From Nemertoderma westbladi (taxonomy: Eukaryota; Animalia; Xenacoelomorpha), in the NCBI GenBank assembly GCA_032718475.1, contig JAUCBJ010009154.1, positions 101,047-165,046 of the forward strand: a stretch of DNA of 64,000 bases, in the 5' to 3' direction. Every line of letters starts with the position of its first letter. Within the stretch, counting starts at the first letter, position 1. Under the pieces are notes generated by a model, which made no database searches, was not told the DNA's origin, and saw only the letters and a program-made list of their open reading frames with translations. Shown here piece after piece: positions 15,001-30,000 of the stretch. The position numbers and the translations under genes were made by a program.

Positions 15001-18000
15001 TTTGCTATAAATGAGTCCGCCATATTAACTTATCCTTTCTTTGCTATAAATGAGTCCGCCATATTAACTTATCCTTTCGATCTTCCTCCTTTCGTTCTCT
15101 ATAAATGAGTCCGGCATATTAACTTATCCTTTCTTTGCTATAAATGAGTCCGCCATATTAACTTATACTTTCGATCTTCCTCCTTTCGTTCTCTATAAAT
15201 GAGTCCGGCATATTAACTTATCCTTTCTTTGCTATAAATGAGTCCGCCATATTAACTTATCCTTTCGATCTTCCTCCTTTCGTTCTCTATAAATGAGTCC
15301 GGCATATTAACTTATCCTTTCTTTGCTATAAATGAGTCCGCCATATTAACTTATCCTTTCGATCTTCCTCCTTTCGTTCTCTATAAATGAGTCCGCCATA
15401 TTAACTTATCCTTTCGATCTTCCTCCTTTCCTTCTCTATAAATGAGTCCGCCATATTAACTTATCCTTTCGTTCTCTATAAATGAGTCCGCCATATTAAC
15501 TTATCCTTTCGATCTTCCTCCTTTCGTTCTCTATAAATGAGTCCGCCATATTAACTTATCCTTTCGATCTTCCTCCTTTCGTTCTCTATAAATGAGTCCG
15601 GCATATTAACTTATCCTTTCGATCTTCCTCCTTTCGTTCTCTATAAATGAGTCCGCCATATTAACTTATCCTTTCGATCTTCCTCCTTTCGTTCTCTATA
15701 AATGAGTCCGCCATATTAACTTATCCTTTCGATCTTCCTCCTTTCGTTCTCTATAAATGAGTCCGCCATATTAACTTATCCTTTCTTTGCTATAAATGAG
15801 TCCGCCATATTAACTTATCCTTTCTTTGCTATAAATGAGTCCGCCATATTAACTTATCCTTTCGATCTTCCTCCTTTCGTTCTCTATAAATGAGTCCGGC
15901 ATATTAACTTATCCTTTCTTTGCTATAAATGAGTCCGCCATATTAACTTATCCTTTCGATCTTCCTCCTTTCGTTCTCTATAAATGAGTCCGCCATATTA
16001 ACTTATCCTTTCGATCTTCCTCCTTTCCTTCTCTATAAATGAGTCCGCCATATTAACTTATCCTTTCGTTCTCTATAAATGAGTCCGCCATATTAACTTA
16101 TCCTTTCGATCTTCCTCCTTTCGTTCTCTATAAATGAGTCCGCCATATTAACTTATCCTTTCGATCTTCCTCCTTTCGTTCTCTATAAATGAGTCCGCCA
16201 TATTAACTTATCCTTTCGATCTTCCTCCTTTCGTTCTCTATAAATGAGTCCGCCATATTAACTTATACTTTCGATCTTCCTCCTTTCGTTCTCTATAAAT
16301 GAGTCCGCCATATTAACTTATCCTTTCGATCTTCCTCCTTTCGTTCTCTATAAATGAGTCCGCCATATTAACTTATCCTTTCGATCTTCCTCCTTTCGTT
16401 CTCTATAAATGAGTCCGCCATATTAACTTATCCTTTCGATCTTCCTCCTTTCGTTCTCTATAAATGAGTCCGCCATATTAATTTATCCTTTCGATCTTCC
16501 TCCTTTCGTTCTCTATAAATGAGTCCGCCATATTAACTTATACTTTCGATCTTCCTCCTTTCGTTCTCTATAAATGAGTCCGGCATATTAACTTATCCTT
16601 TCGATCTTCCTCCTTTCGTTCTCTATAAATGAGTCCGCCATATTAACTTATCCTTTCGATCTTCCTCCTTTCGTTCTCTATAAATGAGTCCGCCATATTA
16701 ACTTATCCTTTCTTTGCTATAAATGAGTCCGCCATATTAACTTATCCTTTCGATCTTCCTCCTTTCGTTCTCTATAAATGAGTCCGCCATATTAACTTAT
16801 CCTTTCGATCTTCCTCCTTTCGTTCTCTATAAATGAGTCCGCCATATTAACTTATCCTTTCTTTGCTATAAATGAGTCCGCCATATTAACTTATCCTTTC
16901 GATCTTCCTCCTTTCGTTCTCTATAAATGAGTCCGCCATATTAACTTATCCTTTCGATCTTCCTCCTTTCGTTCTCTATAAATGAGTCCGCCATATTAAC
17001 TTATCCTTTCGTTCTCTATAAATGAGTCCGCCATATTAACTTATCCTTTCGATCTTCCTCCTTTCGTTCTCTATAAATGAGTCCGCCATATTAACTTATC
17101 CTTTCGATCTTCCTCCTTTCGTTCTCTATAAATGAGTCCGGCATATTAACTTATCCTTTCGATCTTCCTCCTTTCGTTCTCTATAAATGAGTCCGCCATA
17201 TTAACTTATCCTTTCGATCTTCCTCCTTTCGTTCTCTATAAATGAGTCCGCCATATTAACTTATCCTTTCTTTGCTATAAATGAGTCCGCCATATTAACT
17301 TATCCTTTCGATCTTCCTCCTTTCGTTCTCTATAAATGAGTCCGCCATATTAACTTATCCTTTCGATCTTCCTCCTTTCGTTCTCTATAAATGAGTCCGC
17401 CATATTAACTTATCCTTTCTTTGCTATAAATGAGTCCGCCATATTAACTTATCCTTTCTTTGCTATAAATGAGTCCGCCATATTAACTTATCCTTTCTTT
17501 GCTATAAATGAGTCCGCCATATTAACTTATCCTTTCGATCTTCCTCCTTTCGTTCTCTATAAATGAGTCCGCCATATTAACTTATCCTTTCGATCTTCCT
17601 CCTTTCGTTCTCTATAAATGAGTCCGCCATATTAACTTATCCTTTCGATCTTCCTCCTTTCGTTCTCTATAAATGAGTCCGCCATATTAACTTATCCTTT
17701 CGATCTTCCTCCTTTCGTTCTCTATAAATGAGTCCGCCATATTAACTTATCCTTTCGATCTTCCTCCTTTCGTTCTCTATAAATGAGTCCGCCATATTAA
17801 CTTATCCTTTCGATCTTCCTCCTTTCGTTCTCTATAAATGAGTCCGCCATATTAACTTATCCTTTCGATCTTCCTCCTTTCGTTCTCTATAAATGAGTCC
17901 GCCATATTAACTTATCCTTTCGATCTTCCTCCTTTCGTTCTCTATAAATGAGTCCGCCATATTAACTTATCCTTTCGATCTTCCTCCTTTCGTTCTCTAT

Positions 18001-21000
18001 AAATGAGTCCGCCATATTAACTTATCCTTTCGATCTTCCTCCTTTCGTTCTCTATAAATGAGTCCGCCATATTAACTTATCCTTTCGATCTTCCTCCTTT
18101 CGTTCTCTATAAATGAGTCCGCCATATTAACTTATCCTTTCTTTGCTATAAATGAGTCCGCCATATTAACTTATACTTTCGATCTTCCTCCTTTCGTTCT
18201 CTATAAATGAGTCCGCCATATTAACTTATCCTTTCGATCTTCCTCCTTTCGTTCTCTATAAATGAGTCCGCCATATTAACTTATCCTTTCGATCTTCCTC
18301 CTTTCGTTCTCTATAAATGAGTCCGCCATATTAACTTATCCTTTCGATCTTCCTCCTTTCGTTCTCTATAAATGAGTCCGCCATATTAACTTATCATTTC
18401 TTTGCTATAAATGAGTCCGCCATATTAACTTATCCTTTCTTTGCTATAAATGAGTCCGCCATATTAACTTATCCTTTCTTTGCTATAAATGAGTCCGCCA
18501 TATTAACTTATCCTTTCGATCTTCCTCCTTTCGTTCTCTATAAATGAGTCCGCCATATTAACTTATCCTTTCGATCTTCCTCCTTTCGTTCTCTATAAAT
18601 GAGTCCGCCATATTAACTTATCATTTCTTTGCTATAAATGAGTCCGCCATATTAACTTATCCTTTCTTTGCTATAAATGAGTCCGCCATATTAACTTATC
18701 CTTTCTTTGCTATAAATGAGTCCGCCATATTAACTTATCCTTTCGATCTTCCTCCTTTCCTTCTCTATAAATGAGTCCGCCATATTAACTTATCCTTTCG
18801 ATCTTCCTCCTTTCGTTCTCTATAAATGAGTCCGCCATATTAACTTATCCTTTCGATCTTCCTCCTTTCGTTCTCTATAAATGAGTCCGCCATATTAACT
18901 TATCATTTCTTTGCTATAAATGAGTCCGCCATATTAACTTATCCTTTCTTTGCTATAAATGAGTCCGCCATATTAACTTATCCTTTCTTTGCTATAAATG
19001 AGTCCGCCATATTAACTTATCCTTTCGATCTTCCTCCTTTCCTTCTCTATAAATGAGTCCGCCATATTAACTTATCCTTTCGATCTTCCTCCTTTCGTTC
19101 TCTATAAATGAGTCCGCCATATTAACTTATCCTTTCTTTGCTATAAATGAGTCCGCCATATTAACTTATACTTTCGATCTTCCTCCTTTCGTTCTCTATA
19201 AATGAGTCCGCCATATTAACTTATCCTTTCGATCTTCCTCCTTTCGTTCTCTATAAATGAGTCCGCCATATTAACTTATCCTTTCGATCTTCCTCCTTTC
19301 GTTCTCTATAAATGAGTCCGCCATATTAACTTATCCTTTCGATCTTCCTCCTTTCGTTCTCTATAAATGAGTCCGCCATATTAACTTATCCTTTCGATCT
19401 TCCTCCTTTCGTTCTCTATAAATGAGTCCGCCATATTAACTTATCATTTCTTTGCTATAAATGAGTCCGCCATATTAACTTATCCTTTCTTTGCTATAAA
19501 TGAGTCCGCCATATTAACTTATCCTTTCTTTGCTATAAATGAGTCCGCCATATTAACTTATCCTTTCGATCTTCCTCCTTTCGTTCTCTATAAATGAGTC
19601 CGCCATATTAACTTATCCTTTCGATCTTCCTCCTTTCGTTCTCTATAAATGAGTCCGCCATATTAACTTATCATTTCTTTGCTATAAATGAGTCCGCCAT
19701 ATTAACTTATCCTTTCTTTGCTATAAATGAGTCCGCCATATTAACTTATCCTTTCTTTGCTATAAATGAGTCCGCCATATTAACTTATCCTTTCGATCTT
19801 CCTCCTTTCCTTCTCTATAAATGAGTCCGCCATATTAACTTATCCTTTCGATCTTCCTCCTTTCGTTCTCTATAAATGAGTCCGCCATATTAACTTATCC
19901 TTTCTTTGCTATAAATGAGTCCGCCATATTAACTTATACTTTCGATCTTCCTCCTTTCGTTCTCTATAAATGAGTCCGCCATATTAACTTATCCTTTCGA
20001 TCTTCCTCCTTTCGTTCTCTATAAATGAGTCCGCCATATTAACTTATCCTTTCGATCTTCCTCCTTTCGTTCTCTATAAATGAGTCCGCCATATTAACTT
20101 ATCCTTTCGATCTTCCTCCTTTCGTTCTCTATAAATGAGTCCGCCATATTAACTTATCCTTTCGATCTTCCTCCTTTCGTTCTCTATAAATGAGTCCGCC
20201 ATATTAACTTATCCTTTCGATCTTCCTCCTTTCGTTCTCTATAAATGAGTCCGCCATATTAACTTATCCTTTCGATCTTCCTCCTTTCGTTCTCTATAAA
20301 TGAGTCCGCCATATTAACTTATCCTTTCGATCTTCCTCCTTTCGTTCTCTATAAATGAGTCCGCCATATTAACTTATCCTTTCGATCTTCCTCCTTTCGT
20401 TCTCTATAAATGAGTCCGCCATATTAACTTATCCTTTCGATCTTCCTCCTTTCGTTCTCTATAAATGAGTCCGCCATATTAACTTATCCTTTCGATCTTC
20501 CTCCTTTCGTTCTCTATAAATGAGTCCGCCATATTAACTTATCCTTTCGATCTTCCTCCTTTCGTTCTCTATAAATGAGTCCGCCATATTAACTTATCCT
20601 TTCGATCTTCCTCCTTTCGTTCTCTATAAATGAGTCCGCCATATTAACTTATCATTTCTTTGCTATAAATGAGTCCGCCATATTAACTTATCCTTTCTTT
20701 GCTATAAATGAGTCCGCCATATTAACTTATCCTTTCTTTGCTATAAATGAGTCCGCCATATTAACTTATCCTTTCGATCTTCCTCCTTTCGTTCTCTATA
20801 AATGAGTCCGCCATATTAACTTATCCTTTCGATCTTCCTCCTTTCGTTCTCTATAAATGAGTCCGCCATATTAACTTATCATTTCTTTGCTATAAATGAG
20901 TCCGCCATATTAACTTATCCTTTCTTTGCTATAAATGAGTCCGCCATATTAACTTATCCTTTCTTTGCTATAAATGAGTCCGCCATATTAACTTATCCTT

Positions 21001-24000
21001 TCTTTGCTATAAATGAGTCCGCCATATTAACTTATCCTTTCTTTGCTATAAATGAGTCCGCCATATTAACTTATCCTTTCTTTGCTATAAATGAGTCCGC
21101 CATATTAATTCCTCCTTTCGTTCTCTATAAATGAGTCCGCCGTATTAACTTATCCTTTCTTTGCTATAAATGAGTCCGCCATATTAATTCCTCCTTTCGT
21201 TCTCTATAAATGAGTCCGGCATATTAACTTATCCTTTCGATCTTCCTCCTTTCGTTCTCTATAAATGAGTCCGCCATATTAACTTATCCTTTCTTTGCTA
21301 TAAATGAGTCCGCCATATTAATTCCTCCTTTCGTTCTCTATAAATGAGTCCGGCATATTAACTTATCCTTTCGATCTTCCTCCTTTCGTTCTCTATAAAT
21401 GAGTCCGCCATATTAACTTATCCTTTCTTTGCTATAAATGAGTCCGCCATATTAATTCCTCCTTTCGTTCTCTATAAATGAGTCCGGCATATTAACTTAT
21501 CCTTTCGATCTTCCTCCTTTCGTTCTCTATAAATGAGTCCGCCATATTAACTTATCCTTTCGATCTTCCTCCTTTCGTTCTCTATAAATGAGTCCGCCGT
21601 ATTAACTTATCCTTTCTTTGCTATAAATGAGACCGCCATATTAACTTATCCTTTCTTTGCTATAAATGAGTCCGCCATATTAACTTATCCTTTCTTTGCT
21701 ATAAATGAGTCCGCCGTATTAACTTATCCTTTCGATCTTCCTCCTTTCGTTCTCTATAAATGAGTCCGCCATATTAACTTATCCTTTCGATCTTCCTCCT
21801 TTCCTTCTCTATAAATGAGTCCGCCATATTAACTTATCCTTTCTTTGCTATAAATGAGTCCGTCATATTAACTTATCCTTTCGATCTTCCTCCTTTCCTT
21901 CTCTATAAATGAGTCCGCCATATTAACTTATCCTTTCTTTGCTATAAATGAGTCCGCCATATTAACTTATCCTTTCGATCTTCCTCCTTTCGTTCTCTAT
22001 AAATGAGTCCGCCATATTAACTTATCCTTTCGTTCTCTATAAATGAGTCCGCCATATTAACTTATCCTTTCGTTCTCTATAAATGAGTCCGTCATATTAA
22101 CTTATCCTTTCGATCTTCCTCCTTTCGTTCTCTATAAATGAGTCCGCCATATTAACTTATCCTTTCTTTGCTATAAATGAGTCCGCCATATTAACTTATC
22201 CTTTCGATCTTCCTCCTTTCGTTCTCTATAAATGAGTCCGGCATATTAACTTATCCTTTCTTTGCTATAAATGAGTCCGCCATATTAACTTATCCTTTCT
22301 TTGCTATAAATGAGTCCGCCATATTAACTTATCCTTTCTTTGCTATAAATGAGTCCGCCATATTAACTTATCCTTTCGATCTTCCTCCTTTCGTTCTCTA
22401 TAAATGAGTCCGCCATATTAACTTATCCTTTCGATCTTCCTCCTTTCGTTCTCTATAAATGAGTCCGCCATATTAACTTATCCTTTCGTTCTCTATAAAT
22501 GAGTCCGCCATATTAACTTATCCTTTCGTTCTCTATAAATGAGTCCGCCATATTAACTTATCCTTTCGATCTTCCTCCTTTCGTTCTCTATAAATGAGTC
22601 CGCCATATTAACTTATCCTTTCTTTGCTATAAATGAGTCCGCCATATTAACTTATCCTTTCTTTGCTATAAATGAGTCCGCCATATTAACTTATCCTTTC
22701 GATCTTCCTCCTTTCGTTCTCTATAAATGAGTCCGCCATATTAACTTATCCTTTCGTTCTCTATAAATGAGTCCGCCATATTAACTTATCCTTTCGTTCT
22801 CTATAAATGAGTCCGCCATATTAACTTATCCTTTCTTTGCTATAAATGAGTCCGCCATATTAACTTATCCTTTCGATCTTCCTCCTTTCGTTCTCTATAA
22901 ATGAGTCCGCCATATTAACTTATCCTTTCTTTGCTATAAATGAGTCCGCCATATTAACTTATCCTTTCTTTGCTATAAATGAGTCCGCCATATTAACTTA
23001 TCCTTTCGATCTTCCTCCTTTCGTTCTCTATAAATGAGTCCGCCATATTAACTTATCCTTTCGATCTTCCTCCTTTCGTTCTCTATAAATGAGTCCGCCA
23101 TATTAACTTATCCTTTCTTTGCTATAAATGAGTCCGCCATATTAACTTATCCTTTCTTTGCTATAAATGAGTCCGCCATATTAACTTATCCTTTCTTTGC
23201 TATAAATGAGTCCGCCATATTAACTTATCCTTTCTTTGCTATAAATGAGTCCGCCATATTAACTTATCCTTTCTTTGCTATAAATGAGTCCGCCATATTA
23301 ACTTATCCTTTCGCCCTTTATCCTTTCGTTCTCTATAAATGAGTCCGGCATATTAACTTATCCTTTCGTTCTCTATAAATGAGTCCGCCATATTAACTTA
23401 TCCTTTCTTTGCTATAAATGAGTCCGCCATATTAACTTATCCTTTCGTTCTCTATAAATGAGTCCGCCATATTAACTTATCCTTTCTTTGCTATAAATGA
23501 GTCCGCCATATTAACTTATCCTTTCGATCTTCCTCCTTTCGTTCTCTATAAATGAGTCCGCCATATTAACTTATCCTTTCTTTGCTATAAATGAGTCCGC
23601 CATATTAACTTATCCTTTCGATCTTCCTCCTTTCGTTCTCTATAAATGAGTCCGCCATATTAACTTATCCTTTCGTTCTCTATAAATGAGTCCGCCATAT
23701 TAACTTATACTTTCTTTGCTATAAATGAGTCCGCCATATTAACTTATCCTTTCTTTGCTATAAATGAGTCCGCCATATTAACTTATCCTTTCTTTGCTAT
23801 AAATGAGTCCGCCATATTAACTTATCCTTTCGATCTTCCTCCTTTCGTTCTCTATAAATGAGTCCGCCATATTAACTTATCCTTTCTTTGCTATAAATGA
23901 GTCCGCCATATTAACTTATCCTTTCGATCTTCCTCCTTTCGTTCTCTATAAATGAGTCCGCCATATTAACTTATCCTTTCTTTGCTATAAATGAGTCCGC

Positions 24001-27000
24001 CATATTAACTTATCCTTTCGATCTTCCTCCTTTCGTTCTCTATAAATGAGTCCGCCATATTAACTTATCCTTTCGATCTTCCTCCTTTCGTTCTCTATAA
24101 ATGAGTCCGCCATATTAACTTATCCTTTCGATCTTCCTCCTTTCGTTCTCTATAAATGAGTCCGCCATATTAACTTATCCTTTCTTTGCTATAAATGAGT
24201 CCGCCATATTAACTTATCCTTTCGATCTTCCTCCTTTCGTTCTCTATAAATGAGTCCGCCATATTAACTTATCCTTTCTTTACTATAAATGAGTCCGCCA
24301 TATTAACTTATCCTTTCTTTGCTATAAATGAGTCCGCCATATTAACTTATCCTTTCTTTGCTATAAATGAGTCCGCCATATTAACTTATCCTTTCGATCT
24401 TCCTCCTTTCGTTCTCTATAAATGAGTCCGCCATATTAACTTATCCTTTCGATCTTCCTCCTTTCGTTCTCTATAAATGAGTCCGCCATATTAACTTATC
24501 CTTTCTTTACTATAAATGAGTCCGCCATATTAACTTATCCTTTCTTTGCTATAAATGAGTCCGCCATATTAACTTATCCTTTCTTTGCTATAAATGAGTC
24601 CGCCATATTAACTTATCCTTTCGATCTTCCTCCTTTCGTTCTCTATAAATGAGTCCGCCATATTAACTTATCCTTTCGATCTTCCTCCTTTCGTTCTCTA
24701 TAAATGAGTCCGCCATATTAACTTATCCTTTCGATCTTCCTCCTTTCGTTCTCTATAAATGAGTCCGCCATATTAACTTATCCTTTCGATCTTCCTCCTT
24801 TCCTTCTCTATAAATGAGTCCGCCATATTAACTTATCCTTTCTTTGCTATAAATGAGTCCGCCATATTAACTTATCCTTTCTTTGCTATAAATGAGTCCG
24901 CCATATTAACTTATCCTTTCAATCTTCCTCCTTTCCTTCTCTATAAATGAGTCCGCCATATTAACTTATCCTTTCGATCTTCCTCCTTTCCTTCTCTATA
25001 AATGAGTCCGCCATATTAACTTATCCTTTCTTTGCTATAAATGAGTCCGCCATATTAACTTATCCTTTCTTTGCTATAAATGAGTCCGCCATATTAACTT
25101 ATCCTTTCGATCTTCCTCCTTTCGTTCTCTATAAATGAGTCCGGCATATTAACTTATCCTTTCTTTGCTATAAATGAGTCCGCCATATTAACTTATCCTT
25201 TCGATCTTCCTCCTTTCGTTCTCTATAAATGAGTCCGCCATATTAACTTATCCTTTCTTTGCTATAAATGAGTCCGCCATATTAACTTATCCTTTCGATC
25301 TTCCTCCTTTCCTTCTCTATAAATGAGTCCGCCATATTAACTTATCCTTTCGATCTTCCTCCTTTCGTTCTCTATAAATGAGTCCGCCATATTAACTTAT
25401 CCTTTCGATCTTCCTCCTTTCGTTCTCTATAAATGAGTCCGCCATATTAACTTATCCTTTCTTTGCTATAAATGAGTCCGCCATATTAACTTATCCTTTC
25501 TTTGCTATAAATGAGTCCGCCATATTAACTTATCCTTTCTTTGCTATAAATGAGTCCGCCATATTAACTTATCCTTTCTTTGCTATAAATGAGTCCGCCA
25601 TATTAACTTATCCTTTCGATCTTCCTCCTTTCCTTCTCTATAAATGAGTCCGCCATATTAACTTATCCTTTCTTTGCTATAAATGAGTCCGCCATATTAA
25701 CTTATCCTTTCGATCTTCCTCCTTTCGTTCTCTATAAATGAGTCCGCCATATTAACTTATACTTTCGATCTTCCTCCTTTCGTTCTCTATAAATGAGTCC
25801 GCCATATTAACTTATCCTTTCGATCTTCCTCCTTTCGTTCTCTATAAATGAGTCCGCCATATTAACTTATCCTTTCTTTGCTATAAATGAGTCCGCCATA
25901 TTAACTTATCCTTTCTTTGCTATAAATGAGTCCGCCATATTAACTTATCCTTTCGATCTTCCTCCTTTCGTTCTCTATAAATGAGTCCGCCATATTAACT
26001 TATCCTTTCGATCTTCCTCCTTTCGTTCTCTATAAATGAGTCCGCCATATTAACTTATCCTTTCGATCTTCCTCCTTTCGTTCTCTATAAATGAGTCCGC
26101 CATATTAACTTATCCTTTCGATCTTCCTCCTTTCGTTCTCTATAAATGAGTCCGCCATATTAACTTATCCTTTCGATCTTCCTCCTTTCGTTCTCTATAA
26201 ATGAGTCCGCCATATTAACTTATCCTTTCTTTGCTATAAATGAGTCCGCCATATTAACTTATCCTTTCTTTGCTATAAATGAGTCCGCCATATTAACTTA
26301 TCCTTTCGATCTTCCTCCTTTCGTTCTCTATAAATGAGTCCGCCGTATTAACTTATCATTTCTTTGCTATAAATGAGTCCGCCATATTAACTTATCCTTT
26401 CTTTGCTATAAATGAGTCCGCCATATTAACTTATCCTTTCGATCTTCCTCCTTTCGTTCTCTATAAATGAGTCCGCCATATTAACTTATCCTTTCGTTCT
26501 CTATAAATGAGTCCGCCATATTAACTTATCCTTTCGTTCTCTATAAATGAGTCCGCCATATTAACTTATCCTTTCGATCTTCCTCCTTTCGTTCTCTATA
26601 AATGAGTCCGCCATATTAACTTATCCTTTCGATCTTCCTCCTTTCCTTCTCTATAAATGAGTCCGCCATATTAACTTATCCTTTCCTTCTCTATAAATGA
26701 GTCCGCCATATTAACTTATCCTTTCGATCTTCCTCCTTTCGTTCTCTATAAATGAGTCCGCCATATTAACTTATCCTTTCGTTCTCTATAAATGAGTCCG
26801 GCATATTAACTTATCCTTTCTTTGCTATAAATGAGTCCGCCATATTAACTTATCCTTTCGATCTTCCTCCTTTCCTTCTCTATAAATGAGTCCGCCATAT
26901 TAACTTATCCTTTCCTTCTCTATAAATGAGTCCGCCATATTAACTTATCCTTTCGATCTTCCTCCTTTCGTTCTCTATAAATGAGTCCGCCATATTAACT

Positions 27001-30000
27001 TATCCTTTCGTTCTCTATAAATGAGTCCGCCATATTAACTTATCCTTTCGTTCTCTATAAATGAGTCCGGCATATTAACTTATCCTTTCTTTGCTATAAA
27101 TGAGTCCGCCATATTAACTTATCCTTTCGATCTTCCTCCTTTCCTTCTCTATAAATGAGTCCGCCATATTAACTTATCCTTTCCTTCTCTATAAATGAGT
27201 CCGCCATATTAACTTATCCTTTCGATCTTCCTCCTTTCCTTCTCTATAAATGAGTCCGCCATATTAACTTATCCTTTCGATCTTCCTCCTTTCGTTCTCT
27301 ATAAATGAGTCCGCCATATTAACTTATCCTTTCGATCTTCCTCCTTTCGTTCTCTATAAATGAGTCCGCCATATTAACTTATCCTTTCGATCTTCCTCCT
27401 TTCGTTCTCTATAAATGAGTCCGCCATATTAACTTATCCTTTCGATCTTCCTCCTTTCGTTCTCTATAAATGAGTCCGCCATATTAACTTATCCTTTCGA
27501 TCTTCCTCCTTTCGTTCTCTATAAATGAGTCCGCCATATTAACTTATCCTTTCGATCTTCCTCCTTTCGTTCTCTATAAATGAGTCCGCCATATTAATTC
27601 CTCCTTTCGTTCTCTATAAATGAGTCCGCCATATTAATTCCTCCTTTCGTTCTCTATAAATGAGTCCGCCATATTAACTTATCCTTTCGATCTTCCTCCT
27701 TTCCTTCTCTATAAATGAGTCCGCCATATTAACTTATCCTTTCGATCTTCCTCCTTTCCTTCTCTATAAATGAGTCCGCCATATTAACTTATCCTTTCGA
27801 TCTTCCTCCTTTCGTTCTCTATAAATGAGTCCGCCATATTAATTCCTCCTTTCGTTCTCTATAAATGAGTCCGCCATATTAATTCCTCCTTTCGTTCTCT
27901 ATAAATGAGTCCGCCATATTAACTTATCCTTTCGATCTTCCTCCTTTCCTTCTCTATAAATGAGTCCGCCATATTAACTTATCCTTTCGATCTTCCTCCT
28001 TTCGTTCTCTATAAATGAGTCCGCCATATTAATTCCTCCTTTCGTTCTCTATAAATGAGTCCGCCATATTAATTCCTCCTTTCGTTCTCTATAAATGAGT
28101 CCGCCATATTAACTTATCCTTTCGATCTTCCTCCTTTCGTTCTCTATAAATGAGTCCGCCATATTAACTTATCCTTTCGATCTTCCTCCTTTCGTTCTCT
28201 ATAAATGAGTCCGCCATATTAACTTATCCTTTCGATCTTCCTCCTTTCGTTCTCTATAAATGAGTCCGCCATATTAACTTATCCTTTCGATCTTCCTCCT
28301 TTCGTTCTCTATAAATGAGTCCGCCATATTAACTTATCCTTTCTTTGCTATAAATGAGTCCGCCATATTAACTTATCCTTTCGATCTTCCTCCTTTCGTT
28401 CTCTATAAATGAGTCCGCCATATTAACTTATCCTTTCGATCTTCCTCCTTTCGTTCTCTATAAATGAGTCCGCCATATTAACTTATCCTTTCGATCTTCC
28501 TCCTTTCGTTCTCTATAAATGAGTCCGCCATATTAACTTATCCTTTCTTTGCTATAAATGAGTCCGCCATATTAACTTATCCTTTCTTTGCTATAAATGA
28601 GTCCGCCATATTAACTTATCCTTTCGTTCTCTATAAATGAGTCCGCCATATTAACTTATCCTTTCGATCTTCCTCCTTTCGTTCTCTATAAATGAGTCCG
28701 CCATATTAACTTATCCTTTCTTTGCTATAAATGAGTCCGCCATATTAACTTATCCTTTCTTTGCTATAAATGAGTCCGCCATATTAACTTATCCTTTCGA
28801 TCTTCCTCCTTTCGTTCTCTATAAATGAGTCCGCCATATTAACTTATCCTTTCTTTGCTATAAATGAGTCCGCCATATTAACTTATCCTTTCGATCTTCC
28901 TCCTTTCCTTCTCTATAAATGAGTCCGCCATATTAACTTATCCTTTCGATCTTCCTCCTTTCGTTCTCTATAAATGAGTCCGCCATATTAACTTATCCTT
29001 TCGATCTTCCTCCTTTCGTTCTCTATAAATGAGTCCGCCATATTAACTTATCCTTTCGATCTTCCTCCTTTCGTTCTCTATAAATGAGTCCGCCATATTA
29101 ACTTATCCTTTCGATCTTCCTCCTTTCGTTCTCTATAAATGAGTCCGCCATATTAACTTATCCTTTCTTTGCTATAAATGAGTCCGCCATATTAACTTAT
29201 CCTTTCTTTGCTATAAATGAGTCCGCCATATTAACTTATCCTTTCGTTCTCTATAAATGAGTCCGCCATATTAACTTATCCTTTCGATCTTCCTCCTTTC
29301 CTTCTCTATAAATGAGTCCGCCATATTAACTTATCCTTTCGATCTTCCTCCTTTCGTTCTCTATAAATGAGTCCGCCATATTAACTTATCCTTTCGTTCT
29401 CTATAAATGAGTCCGCCATATTAACTTATCCTTTCTTTGCTATAAATGAGTCCGCCATATTAACTTATCCTTTCGATCTTCCTCCTTTCCTTCTCTATAA
29501 ATGAGTCCGCCATATTAACTTATCCTTTCGATCTTCCTCCTTTCCTTCTCTATAAATGAGTCCGCCATATTAACTTATCCTTTCGATCTTCCTCCTTTCG
29601 TTCTCTATAAATGAGTCCGCCATATTAACTTATCCTTTCGTTCTCTATAAATGAGTCCGCCATATTAACTTATCCTTTCGATCTTCCTCCTTTCGTTCTC
29701 TATAAATGAGTCCGCCATATTAACTTATACTTTCGATCTTCCTCCTTTCGTTCTCTATAAATGAGTCCGCCATATTAACTTATACTTTCGATCTTCCTCC
29801 TTTCGTTCTCTATAAATGAGTCCGCCATATTAACTTATCCTTTCGTTCTCTATAAATGAGTCCGCCATATTAACTTATCCTTTCGATCTTCCTCCTTTCG
29901 TTCTCTATAAATGAGTCCGCCATATTAACTTATCCTTTCGATCTTCCTCCTTTCGTTCTCTATAAATGAGTCCGCCATATTAACTTATCCTTTCGATCTT

